DNA of 29,996 nt, taken from the IMG/VR virus record IMGVR_UViG_3300033514_000020, positions 1-29,996 of that record; one strand, written 5' to 3'. How positions within the stretch are numbered: the first letter of the stretch is position 1; every line of letters starts with the position of its first letter. Under the pieces are notes generated by a model, which ran no database searches, was not told the DNA's origin, and worked only from the letters and a program-made list of their open reading frames with translations. Shown here in pieces: positions 1-9,862 of this stretch. The DNA comes from a virus (lineage: Duplodnaviria; Caudoviricetes). A program made the translations under genes and the position numbers.

Positions 1-707
1 ATAGCAGCAAGATTTACAGCCGTGAGTGTGTCTGGCGCATTCTTTTCGATGTCAGCTAATCGCTTTGCTAATGCTGGATTATCAGCAGTTATGATACGCA
101 ACGACTCTAATGCAGATTTAGATTCTGAACTCTTCGGATCTACTAACCTCTTCTTTAGTTCGATTTGACGTGTTTTCTCAGCAGCAGCTTCTTGCTGGGC
201 TTCTTGTTGAACGCCATACGCATTCTGATCTTTGAATCGATTCTGAGCTAATGCTTCTTGTTCAGCACGTGACTTGTCTAAATCGGTTGCTACTTTGAGA
301 CCATTAAATCCGCCTAAAAAGCCAGCAGCAACATTACCCCAATCTTGCGGGTTTTTGCGTTTTGCTTGCTTATCTTCGTATGCCTGTAAGAGTTGAGCGT
401 ATTGCTCTGGCGAATACTTAGCTTTGTAGTTGCCCATAGCTGATGTGTCAACTTTTGGCTGTTCAGGTGTTTCTGGAGTAGCCGGTGTGCCGAAGTTCGG
501 GTCGAAGAATGCTTCTGGGCCAGCTGGCTTTGTTGGCTCGGCCGGGGTAGTTGGATGATTACCCCCGGTCTGAATCGCGTTACGGATTACATCATCTGGC
601 AAGTTCGGGTTTGCTGCTTTGAGTGCTTGGAACATACTATCATCTTCTGTTCCGCCCATAGCAGCACCTGCTGTGCCAGTTATTGCTCCAAATCCTAAAG
701 GTCCCAT
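1..707 (-). CDS. Putative internal virion/ejection protein, partial (runs off the left edge)
   Basis: Not in the ORF track. The ATG at 707 overlaps the TAA of the upstream gene (TAATG) and follows a GGAG SD. My translation (MGPLGFGAITGTAGAAMGG...QDWGNVAAGFLGGF...) stays open to the window edge and is Ala/Gln-rich. It follows two other ejection-like genes. Confidence 0.65.
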   Translation of the reverse strand, partial: MGPLGFGAITGTAGAAMGGTEDDSMFQALKAANPNLPDDVIRNAIQTGGNHPTTPAEPTKPAGPEAFFDPNFGTPATPETPEQPKVDTSAMGNYKAKYSPEQYAQLLQAYEDKQAKRKNPQDWGNVAAGFLGGFNGLKVATDLDKSRAEQEALAQNRFKDQNAYGVQQEAQQEAAAEKTRQIELKKRLVDPKSSESKSALESLRIITADNPALAKRLADIEKNAPDTLTAVNLAA

Positions 708-1912
708 TATTTGTTCTCCATGTTATTTACGCGGTTATTGATGTTCGCTAACGCAGCCAACATCGCACTCATCATTTCTGCATCACCAGTAACCATCTTG
801 CCTTTTGGTGTGTCTACAACTTTGTCTGCTAACGGCGTATTTTCTAAATCTTGTGCCATAACTCCGACACCTGGCTTGTCACTGCCCTTGTATCGATACG
901 AGTAACCAGTAAGATTGTCAAGTAGATCATTGACTTGCTCATCTGTAAGCTCTGTCGTGTCTTTCTTCAGATTCTCGTCACTAAACCAGTCAGTAACTCC
1001 ATTCACGATAGACTCGCCTATACCAGTATTGCTGAGTGCTTTGAGACCAGCACCCCAGTTGCCCGCAGTATTTGCTGATTGCTGACCTAAAGATTGAGCG
1101 TAAGTATTTGACTGACCTGCTCTGCCTTTTGCTAATGCCAATCTGTCTTCGAATACTGTTTGTGGTGCTTGACGACGACTTGTTTCTTCTTTGTTCGCCT
1201 GACCTAAGTTGTATTCTTGGATGTTCTGAGCTTGATTTAGGTTGCCGACTTGTGCTTGATTACGAGTCTGAACATTAGCATTCTCTGTTTGCTGCTTGAG
1301 TTGCGTATTGAACGCATTGATAGCATCTTGTGCCTTCGCTTTAGCTGCTTCTTCGTTAAACGACTGATCACGCATCGACCCAGCTAACGAGCCCGACTTG
1401 CTAATCGCATCTAATGCGCGTTGTTGAGCCAAAGCAGCAACATCAGTGCCTTGTCGCGACATTCGATCAGCAGCACCTTGCTCTGCCATCATACGACCAG
1501 CAAGTTCTTGACCTGATCCAGAAATACCACGACTTGCCATCGAGTTCTGAAGTGCTGATTGCTCACCACGAAGCTTAGTAGCTTCTTCGATGTTGATGTC
1601 ATTCAACTTCTGGCGATCTATAGCTGTAAGACCACCTTCGTTACCTATTTGCTGTAGCGATGACAGCGAATCGAGTTGAGCGTTGTATAGCTTCGGATCT
1701 GTGTTTGCTTTATACAGCTCCGAGTTTTGCTGATACATCGTCGTAGCCATCTCGGGCGTGATCTGCCCTGATGACACCATTCGCTGTAACGCAAGCGTGA
1801 GCTCTTGCTCAGTAGGTACCGGAACATCCTTGAAGTAAGTCTCTGATGTTTGATACTGTTGTGAGCTCGAAGAGTCCTCTGAGTCACCAAATAAATCGCT
1901 GAACCATCCCAT
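707..1912 (-). CDS. Putative ejection/pilot-type virion protein with C-terminal peptidase S74-like (intramolecular chaperone) domain
   Basis: MGWFSDLFG N-terminus and a Q/A/N-rich helical body. The C-terminus has FSDENLKKD...YSYRYK...GVMAQDLE plus a terminal coiled coil, matching the S74 pattern. It lies downstream of the nozzle gene. Confidence 0.7.
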   Translation of the reverse strand: MGWFSDLFGDSEDSSSSQQYQTSETYFKDVPVPTEQELTLALQRMVSSGQITPEMATTMYQQNSELYKANTDPKLYNAQLDSLSSLQQIGNEGGLTAIDRQKLNDINIEEATKLRGEQSALQNSMASRGISGSGQELAGRMMAEQGAADRMSRQGTDVAALAQQRALDAISKSGSLAGSMRDQSFNEEAAKAKAQDAINAFNTQLKQQTENANVQTRNQAQVGNLNQAQNIQEYNLGQANKEETSRRQAPQTVFEDRLALAKGRAGQSNTYAQSLGQQSANTAGNWGAGLKALSNTGIGESIVNGVTDWFSDENLKKDTTELTDEQVNDLLDNLTGYSYRYKGSDKPGVGVMAQDLENTPLADKVVDTPKGKMVTGDAEMMSAMLAALANINNRVNNMENK

Positions 1913-1933
1913 AGTGTTATTCCTTTATAGTGT

Positions 1934-1940
1934 TATTTAT
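1934..1940 (-). promoter_or_regulatory. ATAAATA box (T4-late-like)
   Basis: 21 nt upstream of the ATG at 1912. Confidence 0.55.
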
Positions 1941-1945
1941 GCGTC

Positions 1946-3853
1946 TTACCAAGTGCTATCACTTGATTCGCTGTATCCGCTGTAAGACGGACCGCTATCA
2001 GTCTCAGTCGTATTTGATCCGCCCCAGTTGCCTGAATCGAACCCTGATCCTGCACCAGTATTTAGGCCGCCATAGTCGGTTGTGGTTCCTGTTCCGCCGT
2101 TTTCTGGTGAGCTGTAAGCCATTGCTGGAGACCAGCTCGGTGCTACGGCAGCTTCGTATTTAGATGAGCCTGTGCCCCATTCTGCTGAGTTAAATCCTGT
2201 GCCAACACCAGTTAGCGGCGCTCCTACTCCGCTTGCTGAATCTACACCACCTAATGTTGTTGTATTGACTGTCGGTGTGTAGACGCCTGTCTTGTCTAGA
2301 GCTGCTACTGATCCGTATGGCTCTAATCCAACTAAGTTGCCTACTGCTCGTGCTGTGTCGATACCAAACATGTTTAACACGCCGAGTAAGAACCCTGCTC
2401 CTGGTACCATTGCGTTTGCGATGTTGTTGACGACTGAGTTAGCGATCTTTGGATTCTCAGAGATAAAGTCATAAAGCTGGTTGCCGAAAGTTCGACCTGT
2501 GTATGGATCCACCCAGTTTGCTTCATCGCCTTGCACGAATGAGTCGCTGCTACTGCCGCCTGTGTTGACATAACCAGCATTCTTTAGGTTGTTTGCGATT
2601 GCAGAGCCCATAGCAGCTTGCTCAGCGACCATAGCAGTCTTTCTATTAGAGTAAGTCTGCACTTGCTGGTTAAGTGTGTTGATTGCGTCGTTGTATGACT
2701 GAGTTTTTGTGCCTTTCTCAAGATTGATGTCCTTACCTTGGTTGCCAATAAGGTTATTGAGTGCACGATAACGAGCTATGTCTTCGTTTGACGCAACATC
2801 ACCTGCTTTAAGGTAGTTAGCATTTTGCGGCAGCACAGCCTTCGAGTTTACACCAGTTAAATCTTGCTGACCATAACTACGCAGTTGCTGGTTCTTTGTT
2901 GCGATGTCATTGAGTGCGTTCTCATTCCAACCCATACGATCTAATGTTGTGCGAACTGAGTTGTCAATCGTTGATAATGGCGCTATTCCGTTTATGATCG
3001 CGTCAATCTTTGATAAGTTGACAGCATCTTCTGCTTTTGCTTGCTCAAGCTTCTGATTTACCTGGACTTGATAGCCCTCTAATGCACCGCCTGTACCAGC
3101 AATCTTACCTATAAGACCAGCTCGCGTATCAGCGGCAGTCTTTTGCGCTTGTTGCACAGCCTGATCTGCTTCACTGAGTGTCTTATCCATAACAGTGCCA
3201 AGAGGAGCTAACGCATTCGACGCATCATAGACCTTATCGCGTGCTTCGTCTGTGTTCTGTAGTAACATCTGGTTCATCGACATGCCACCACGACTATACG
3301 GATTAGGTGCTATCTGTCGAAGTAACTCAGTTTGACCACCAGCAGTTTTGACCAGATTACTAGTATCTGCCGCCTGTTTGATCGCTGTTGACGCAGGACT
3401 CCATAACTCAGTCGATCCAGCCACTGTTGGGCCGCTATAAGTGCCGGATAGCATCTTATTCCAGCTTGCTGTGTCATTCGCATCATTAAATGACGTCGGA
3501 GATGCTACAGCCTTATCTACAAGTCCTTGATTTAGCGTCGGTGTGTTCGTCTGTACCTGAGTGTTGAACGTCGATTTTGCTTGATCAACAGCAGCCATAG
3601 CATCAGTACCTCGTTTTGCTACTGAGTTGGCAACATTCGTACCAAGTTGAGCTGCTTGCGGCTTGTTTGTGTCAAGATAGTTTTGTAAGTTGACGAACGA
3701 GCCCGATGCAGTCGGCGCCTTGTTTGTCTGACCACCACCGCCTTGACTGATAACAGATGCTCCTGTGCCTAAAGTTGCTGGTCCTGAGTCACCTAAGTTC
3801 TGAATCGGCTTAGTGTTCTCTTCATCTGCTTTTGGTTTTGTTATGTATGCCAT
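1946..3853 (-). CDS. Putative internal virion/ejection protein
   Basis: 635 aa, rich in A/Q/N/T/G/S, with one hydrophobic segment (GAGFLLGVLNMFGI). Its position after the tail nozzle genes matches podovirus gene order. Confidence 0.6.
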   Translation of the reverse strand: MAYITKPKADEENTKPIQNLGDSGPATLGTGASVISQGGGGQTNKAPTASGSFVNLQNYLDTNKPQAAQLGTNVANSVAKRGTDAMAAVDQAKSTFNTQVQTNTPTLNQGLVDKAVASPTSFNDANDTASWNKMLSGTYSGPTVAGSTELWSPASTAIKQAADTSNLVKTAGGQTELLRQIAPNPYSRGGMSMNQMLLQNTDEARDKVYDASNALAPLGTVMDKTLSEADQAVQQAQKTAADTRAGLIGKIAGTGGALEGYQVQVNQKLEQAKAEDAVNLSKIDAIINGIAPLSTIDNSVRTTLDRMGWNENALNDIATKNQQLRSYGQQDLTGVNSKAVLPQNANYLKAGDVASNEDIARYRALNNLIGNQGKDINLEKGTKTQSYNDAINTLNQQVQTYSNRKTAMVAEQAAMGSAIANNLKNAGYVNTGGSSSDSFVQGDEANWVDPYTGRTFGNQLYDFISENPKIANSVVNNIANAMVPGAGFLLGVLNMFGIDTARAVGNLVGLEPYGSVAALDKTGVYTPTVNTTTLGGVDSASGVGAPLTGVGTGFNSAEWGTGSSKYEAAVAPSWSPAMAYSSPENGGTGTTTDYGGLNTGAGSGFDSGNWGGSNTTETDSGPSYSGYSESSDSTW

Positions 3854-3861
3854 GTTCTATC

Positions 3862-4281
3862 CTATAAAATGAGGAATGATGCTGTGTATTTCGTGCTGTT
3901 CTTCAATCCAGTAATAAATCTAACCTGGATCTGCCCCGGTGATGCTAAAATCCAATCAGTTATGACGGTTGCTTCTTTGATCATGCTCCCATTCGTCTCA
4001 TAAATGTGACCTAACAGCAAGTGTGTCGGGTAAGTCTTAAACGGCCAAGCTAATCCGACGTCGTTAAAGGTCTTGCTTGCGACATACGTGCTTGGCGTAG
4101 TAAAAGTCGTCGTAACTGACACGCATTGAATGTTGTCAGTTATATTTATGCCCTTGTTAAGAATGTTGTATGTCTGCTCATTGAATGAGTTGATCGGATA
4201 GATCATTCGCTCGACCCAATCTCCTTCGACATCGCCAAAATCCTCTAACATTAGCCGTCTTACTTCTGGTAAGTTTGACAT
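3862..4281 (-). CDS. Hypothetical tail-associated protein
   Basis: 139-aa ORF coupled to the nozzle gene by a TAATG overlap, with a beta-rich C-terminal half. Confidence 0.5.
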   Translation of the reverse strand: MSNLPEVRRLMLEDFGDVEGDWVERMIYPINSFNEQTYNILNKGINITDNIQCVSVTTTFTTPSTYVASKTFNDVGLAWPFKTYPTHLLLGHIYETNGSMIKEATVITDWILASPGQIQVRFITGLKNSTKYTASFLIL

Positions 4282-6812
4282 TATTTGAACCTCTCACCTA
4301 TAACAGTATAAATCAGCGACACACCCGAGAACGACACAGCGTTAAACACTGAAGCCGAGTCCATCGTGATACTGAGCCAGTTTGCTCGTTGATTGGTCTG
4401 CGGCACTATCGAGTCAACTCGTTGCACTGCTGACTCACCTTCGCCCCAAACAACATTACCCCATTCGCCCGAACCCCATGATCCTTTCGACTTGAGCGAG
4501 ATAACAGTGCTGCCTGATAAATCCGATAAATCAGAAGCAAATCGCACATAAACCTTTGCTACAGAATCACTATCAATAAGATAAGCAATGCGCTGGAAGT
4601 GCTTCATTATGCCTGGGTTTTCTGCGTCAAGCGAGTTAAATCTAAACGACACAGCAATCGGCCTAAAGATTGTAGATACACCAGCGACGTAAGTCCATGG
4701 CTCGTCATTGATAACTGTTTGCTCGATAATCGCATGAGTATAATCGGCTGAGATTGATAGCACGACTGATCTGTTACCATCTTGGTAAATCACATCGTCT
4801 ACCTGTATCTTTGACACTAAGCTTGGTGTGTCGTCGAAGTATAGGATGTTATCGACTTGATTTAACAGGTTGACTTCGAACTCGATGTCGGCATAATCTG
4901 CGCTTGTAAAGTCTTTGCGTTCAATCTTGACATGCGCTTGCTCATCTGCGTCTCTATACGGGCAACCCAAATAGAGCTTGTTGTCATACGTGCTCTGAAT
5001 GCCGCAGTTCGCATCCATAATCCACTGCGTCCAGTTGTTAGTAAAGATGTTGAACACATACGCTTGTTTTGCGGAGGTGTTAGTGCCCGTTTCCGGCAAA
5101 AACAGAATGTATTTGTGATCTGACTCATACGAAATCCCAAACGCTTCTTCGTATAAGTTCGGATAAGCAGCAGTCGAACTGAAGAAGTTGATAAGATTTT
5201 CGATTGGACGACTAATAACTTGTGCTCCTGAGTCAGACGCAGCGATAACGCCTTGATCTGAATAGAAATACACACGATTAGATAACACAACAGCCGTCTC
5301 TGGTGCTAAGATTTTGACAGTCGAATCGATCAGTGATACTCTGAAGCTTGAATCAGTATCACCAGTAAGCCGAAAGATGCCGTCTGTCTTTAGAATGATA
5401 ATACCATCACGCAAAGTCAGTATTCGCTCAATAGGCGCGTTTGTTGAGCCGACATCTAAATAGTTTAGTAACGGCACTGCTTCTGGTTGTTGTAACTTCG
5501 AGTAGTAAATCCGATTTGGCATCACATCGTTATCTGACGTGATTGGCGTGTCAAGTCGTGGCGACCAGCAGCTTGCTCGAGTTGATGCGATAGTAAAAGC
5601 ACCAGTCGATAAGTCACGCTTCTCCAACAGGATCTGACCCGGCAGCTGGTCGTAGCCCGAGTTGTAATACGCATTGATAAAAGTATTGGTTGCTACCTGA
5701 TTCATAACCAACACGATGTCACGTGATGTTTGCTCAACATTCTCAGCTGGCGTTAGCGACGTAGTAAGTTTGAATGTTCGTGTACCAACATTATTTGCTG
5801 CTCCTGCAGTCATAATAATCGAAGATACTCCGTTACTGATCGTGATAGTATCAGCAAGTTGTAGTCCTTCTGTGCCTGCTACAGAAATAAGATTGAATGC
5901 TTTGCGATGCACAGTTCGCGTGTTCGCAAAAAAGGTGTAGTTCTTGAAGGTGCATAAGTCTTTTGCGAAAGGAGGTGCCCAGTTCGCACTTGCTATACCT
6001 TCTTGAGTCGAGTTCGTGTATAATGCTGCTTGCTTGAGCGTATCTGGCACTATGTCTACGACTGTTATTGACTTCGCAGTGATCTCTCCTGCAGTCGCAT
6101 TCTTCTCATACACCTGTTGTAAGGCATCTGATGGCTGTGTAGCCAAGTCAGCACTCATATCCGAGCGATAGATCTGGTAAAACCAAGTCGTATCTACGCC
6201 TACTGGCACCTGAATAGTAAGGCTGACGTTGCGACTCGCACCAGCGTTGTTGCTAACGATGATACGATCTGATGGTGCGCTTAAAATAAGGTTTGCATTC
6301 GCGTCTTTGTAACCCCAAACTATGCGATAAGCAACATTCTTTAGGTTATCTAACCAGCCCGATGTGCCTGTTACTGTTGCTGTACCAGCCAATGCTTTCG
6401 GTGATCCAGCTAATCGTGGCGTTGCGTCTACAGAAGTGAGCTTCATCAGCCCGTTATCAGTAGTAAAATACAGATTTTTGTTTGATTTAGCTGATCTTGA
6501 GTTTGTTTGAGTAGTTGGTCGTGCGTAACTACCTGAATACTCAGAGAAAATACCAGTATTATTGTTATCACGCCATAGTTTGTTGTCTTCTGTCAGTGCT
6601 AATACAACATCATTGAACATAAATAGCGTCGAAACATCAGTATTTCCAAGCGAGTTGCTGTAAATCTTGAGTCCACGACGTGATTCGACGATTGATTCGC
6701 GATCTACAACAACGTTGACTGCTTTTGCGAGCGAGCCTGGTGGCACTTCAGAGAAATCATTCGGATTCGTCCATAGCCCGCTTATCTTTAGGTTTAACAG
6801 TTGCTGGGCCAT
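4281..6812 (-). CDS. Tail nozzle/stabilisation protein (P22 gp10 / T7 gp12-like)
   Basis: 843 aa with beta-propeller-like motifs (NRIYYSKLQQPEAVP, IIILKTDGIFRL, YVFNIFTNNWTQW) and a WGSGEWGNVVWG repeat near the C-terminus. It follows the adaptor gene. Confidence 0.75.
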   Translation of the reverse strand: MAQQLLNLKISGLWTNPNDFSEVPPGSLAKAVNVVVDRESIVESRRGLKIYSNSLGNTDVSTLFMFNDVVLALTEDNKLWRDNNNTGIFSEYSGSYARPTTQTNSRSAKSNKNLYFTTDNGLMKLTSVDATPRLAGSPKALAGTATVTGTSGWLDNLKNVAYRIVWGYKDANANLILSAPSDRIIVSNNAGASRNVSLTIQVPVGVDTTWFYQIYRSDMSADLATQPSDALQQVYEKNATAGEITAKSITVVDIVPDTLKQAALYTNSTQEGIASANWAPPFAKDLCTFKNYTFFANTRTVHRKAFNLISVAGTEGLQLADTITISNGVSSIIMTAGAANNVGTRTFKLTTSLTPAENVEQTSRDIVLVMNQVATNTFINAYYNSGYDQLPGQILLEKRDLSTGAFTIASTRASCWSPRLDTPITSDNDVMPNRIYYSKLQQPEAVPLLNYLDVGSTNAPIERILTLRDGIIILKTDGIFRLTGDTDSSFRVSLIDSTVKILAPETAVVLSNRVYFYSDQGVIAASDSGAQVISRPIENLINFFSSTAAYPNLYEEAFGISYESDHKYILFLPETGTNTSAKQAYVFNIFTNNWTQWIMDANCGIQSTYDNKLYLGCPYRDADEQAHVKIERKDFTSADYADIEFEVNLLNQVDNILYFDDTPSLVSKIQVDDVIYQDGNRSVVLSISADYTHAIIEQTVINDEPWTYVAGVSTIFRPIAVSFRFNSLDAENPGIMKHFQRIAYLIDSDSVAKVYVRFASDLSDLSGSTVISLKSKGSWGSGEWGNVVWGEGESAVQRVDSIVPQTNQRANWLSITMDSASVFNAVSFSGVSLIYTVIGERFK

Positions 6813-6815
6813 CAG

Positions 6816-7718
6816 TTATCTCCAGTTTGAAATGCCGTTTGCTTGGATCTTCTTATGTTGTGTCTCAGTTCGTGGCATAATCATCTGTAGCAGTGATGTA
6901 GTCATCTTTTCTACTGTTGACGATGCCACTTTCCACCCATCTTTGTCGCCTAATGACTCAAGACAGCGAACTGCTGCTAACTGTTTGACTAACTCATACG
7001 CTTCGACTGGCACATACTGCATCACAGGAGCAAAATCTAGTGAGCATAAGTAATCACCGACTGTGATCTTATTGAACGCATCAATCGGCACGGTTATGAT
7101 TGTATCAGTTGGAGCACCTGGCACTATTGTGATGTTAAAATCAACAGTCACGAACGGCACTAACTTGCTAACGATGTTAATCATCGGAGTTGCTTGCCAT
7201 GATGCTGGCTTCTGATCTAAAGTCACAGTTGCGAATAAATCACCCGGATCTACCACAGCCTGTTTAGTTAAAACTTTGCCGTGTTCTGTCAATGACAAGC
7301 TCGCAGGACGAGTGTAGTAGTCAACTCGAATCGTATTCGACGGCAAACCTTGATGATAGATGATGATCTGGTTGTTGCGAACGATGTAGCCGTTTCTGTT
7401 ATTCGGCAGCTCAGTCAAGTCAAGCAACGGGATAACCCATAGCGTTCCATCTGGATAGACAGCCATAACATCACGCACAGACAAGCCAACTGCTTCTGGC
7501 GGAATGTTGATCGTTCGCAGTGCGTCAGTGATCTCATAATCTTTGCTCATGCAGAAAAACTCCGCACGAGCAGCCTTGATGAGGGGCACGACCTGCGTCA
7601 GCAACTCCATACTCATCAGTTCGACTAAATCTTCGTCAGTAAATGTGTTTTCTGAAGTAGGAATAGCCTCAATGAGTCGAATGCCCTTTAAGACATTTGA
7701 TACTTCGAACTTTGACAT
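6816..7718 (-). CDS. Head-tail adaptor protein (P22 gp4 / T7 gp11-like)
   Basis: 300 aa with helical N- and C-termini flanking a beta insert, immediately upstream of the nozzle gene. Confidence 0.6.
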   Translation of the reverse strand: MSKFEVSNVLKGIRLIEAIPTSENTFTDEDLVELMSMELLTQVVPLIKAARAEFFCMSKDYEITDALRTINIPPEAVGLSVRDVMAVYPDGTLWVIPLLDLTELPNNRNGYIVRNNQIIIYHQGLPSNTIRVDYYTRPASLSLTEHGKVLTKQAVVDPGDLFATVTLDQKPASWQATPMINIVSKLVPFVTVDFNITIVPGAPTDTIITVPIDAFNKITVGDYLCSLDFAPVMQYVPVEAYELVKQLAAVRCLESLGDKDGWKVASSTVEKMTTSLLQMIMPRTETQHKKIQANGISNWR

Positions 7719-7721
7719 GGC

Positions 7722-7943
7722 TTACTCCTTGCCAAATAACTTGCGTAATTTAGCCTTTACTGAATCATCTTCTTCGTCTTCGCCTTTGATGACAGAGATC
7801 GACAAGCCACCAGCTACTGGCTCGACTTCTTCATCTTCGACTTCTTCATCTTCAGGCTTCATCGACTTGAGAACTTTTGAGTTCATCAGTTCCATTAGAC
7901 TTTTGAGAACATCCATTTGCACGTCTTTTTCTGTGGTCTTCAT
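7722..7943 (-). CDS. Small acidic hypothetical protein
   Basis: 73 aa with an AGGAG SD and D/E-rich tracts. Confidence 0.6.
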   Translation of the reverse strand: MKTTEKDVQMDVLKSLMELMNSKVLKSMKPEDEEVEDEEVEPVAGGLSISVIKGEDEEDDSVKAKLRKLFGKE

Positions 7944-7952
7944 TATTGCTCC

Positions 7953-8189
7953 TTATACAATACTTGCGGTTGACTTCTTTAGTTCGGCTATAACTGCTGT
8001 TGATGCTGTTTCGAGCTTCTGTTTGAGTTGAGCCTTCGTCAGCAATGTTGCTGGGTTACCCATCTCTTCTACTAATGCGTCAATAAAATCGGTTAGATCC
8101 ATCGAAGCACCTATAGTCTTCGTGTCAAGAAAGGTTTGCACTGCTGGATTATCCCAGCGTCGTAATGTTACTATTTTTGACTTTAACAT
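7953..8189 (-). CDS. Hypothetical protein
   Basis: 78 aa with a GGAG SD and TATAAATA directly upstream. Confidence 0.6.
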   Translation of the reverse strand: MLKSKIVTLRRWDNPAVQTFLDTKTIGASMDLTDFIDALVEEMGNPATLLTKAQLKQKLETASTAVIAELKKSTASIV

Positions 8190-8204
8190 AAGTTCTCCAT
8201 ACTG

Positions 8205-8212
8205 TATTTATA
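8205..8212 (-). promoter_or_regulatory. TATAAATA box (T4 late consensus)
   Basis: 15 nt upstream of the ATG at 8189; overlaps the upstream TAA. Confidence 0.55.
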
Positions 8213-9410
8213 CGAAACTCGTTAGCACTTTGACTTGTCCTAACGCCACCGCAGTTGTGTCAGTATCTGCTACACCACCTGTGATTGACATACAGATGCC
8301 AGTGCCAAATCGCATGCCTGTTACACCAAAGTCGAAGTTGAGCGTATCGCCTATTGGCAGTTTGATCCATAAAGCAACTGCGGTAGTGCCTGCTGTTACG
8401 GTTGCTGAGTTATGCAGCTTTAGATAAGCCGCTGCTGCGCCATTGTTGCTCACTGCGATGTGATACAAGGTGCCGGCTGTTGCTTTGATGACTGTTCCGT
8501 TCGTAGTAGCTGCTGAGTTGAGTATGTTCGCAGTCGGTGTTACTGGTGTGACTGTTGCTGTGCCTGATACAGTCACAGATCCCGATACTGGTTGTGTTGC
8601 TGTAACCTGAACTGCCGGGATTGGCTCAGTAGCATACACACCCGGTAGTAAGGTGTAAGTCGCAGTGCCTGAAGTATGAGCTGTTGCTCTGACTCTGAAC
8701 CATTTATACGCATTGACTGACGCTTCCCAGCCATAAACCGGAGTCGCTGCTAATACACCAGTTGTTGTTTCTACTGTATTTGCGTTCGATCTTACGACCT
8801 GGATGACATACCAGTTGCCATCAGTGCCGTTTGTTGAGTTATTTGAGTATTCGAAGGTAGCATTATGACCTACTAATGTAGTAGCGACCATACTGATAGT
8901 AATGTTGCTTGCTCGTTCAACATTTATGAAGATAGTTTGCGCATTCGCAGTAATAGACCCACTTGTTCCCGCAATAGAACCTGGTTGAGTAGCTACTTTT
9001 AGTCGTCCTGCCTCATCTGTCTTGAGTGCTGTGTAGTCGCCATTGTCAGCAGTTGGTGTGTCACTGTCGTTGCGCAACGCGAGCATAAACATGCCAGTAT
9101 GACCAGTCGTATGTGGAGTATCTTCTGAATAAACAGCATTTGTGAGCGATACGGGTTGGGTTGCCTGCCAAAAAGTGCCAGTAACACCAACAGGGTTTGT
9201 GATCGATGTTATGTTCCAAGCACCAGCCTGTGTTGACGGTATCGACGAGTTAGTAACATTGACGTCTGCACTTGGTCCGGCAGCCGAAGTTGACTTCGTT
9301 TGGGCTACCCAATCCATCGCATCAGTATCCCAAACGTAGTTAGCTACAGTCTGCTCACCTGTTTCGAGGATTTTGAAGCCATTTATCGTATTATCCCATA
9401 CTTGTGTCAT
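8208..9410 (-). CDS. Putative virion structural/fibre protein
   Basis: 400 aa, T/A/V-rich beta-strand composition, coupled (TAATG) to the fibre chaperone gene. Confidence 0.55.
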   Translation of the reverse strand: MTQVWDNTINGFKILETGEQTVANYVWDTDAMDWVAQTKSTSAAGPSADVNVTNSSIPSTQAGAWNITSITNPVGVTGTFWQATQPVSLTNAVYSEDTPHTTGHTGMFMLALRNDSDTPTADNGDYTALKTDEAGRLKVATQPGSIAGTSGSITANAQTIFINVERASNITISMVATTLVGHNATFEYSNNSTNGTDGNWYVIQVVRSNANTVETTTGVLAATPVYGWEASVNAYKWFRVRATAHTSGTATYTLLPGVYATEPIPAVQVTATQPVSGSVTVSGTATVTPVTPTANILNSAATTNGTVIKATAGTLYHIAVSNNGAAAAYLKLHNSATVTAGTTAVALWIKLPIGDTLNFDFGVTGMRFGTGICMSITGGVADTDTTAVALGQVKVLTSFV

Positions 9411-9862
9411 TATAGTGTAGCCGCAAGTTCGAAGATAGCATCTACATCTTCTGGTGTCTTACCTAAAAACTCAGCCATTTGACAGATAAGGGCGTTATCT
9501 CGTTCGAACATAGTCGAAAACTCCCAAGTATCTTTAACATCTTGAGTTGATCCGGCTACTGCTGCTTCAATCATCTGACGCATCTCAAGTCGGTTGATTG
9601 CAAGTCTGAACTGCCTCGGCGTCACTGCTCGGATTGGCGCTGGCAGTGGTAAGTCTGCTGGCTCAGGAGGTTTAATGCTTGACTCAACCAAGGTGATCAA
9701 GTCTTCGTAATCAGCAACATCGGCACCTAAGTCTTCCCGCAACATACCCATCTGCACATCAGCGTATGAGTGGCACTTAACTTGCACTCCTTCTGAATCA
9801 ACCCAAGTCGCTTCGACTGAGTTTGTATCTGGATAATGAATGACTTGTTTTAATGTGATCAC
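9410..9862 (-). CDS. Putative tail fibre assembly/chaperone protein
   Basis: Start revised from 9979 to the GTG at 9862, which overlaps the fibre stop (GTGA) and follows an AAAGGAG SD. The VTPRQFRLA...WEFSTMFER...VDAIFELA pattern is typical of small proteins downstream of fibres. Confidence 0.65.
   Translation of the reverse strand: MITLKQVIHYPDTNSVEATWVDSEGVQVKCHSYADVQMGMLREDLGADVADYEDLITLVESSIKPPEPADLPLPAPIRAVTPRQFRLAINRLEMRQMIEAAVAGSTQDVKDTWEFSTMFERDNALICQMAEFLGKTPEDVDAIFELAATL

Noticed and set aside
1911-1937. 11-bp direct repeat ATAGTGTTATT
   Set aside because: A short local duplication around the promoter box and SD, with no independent evidence of function.
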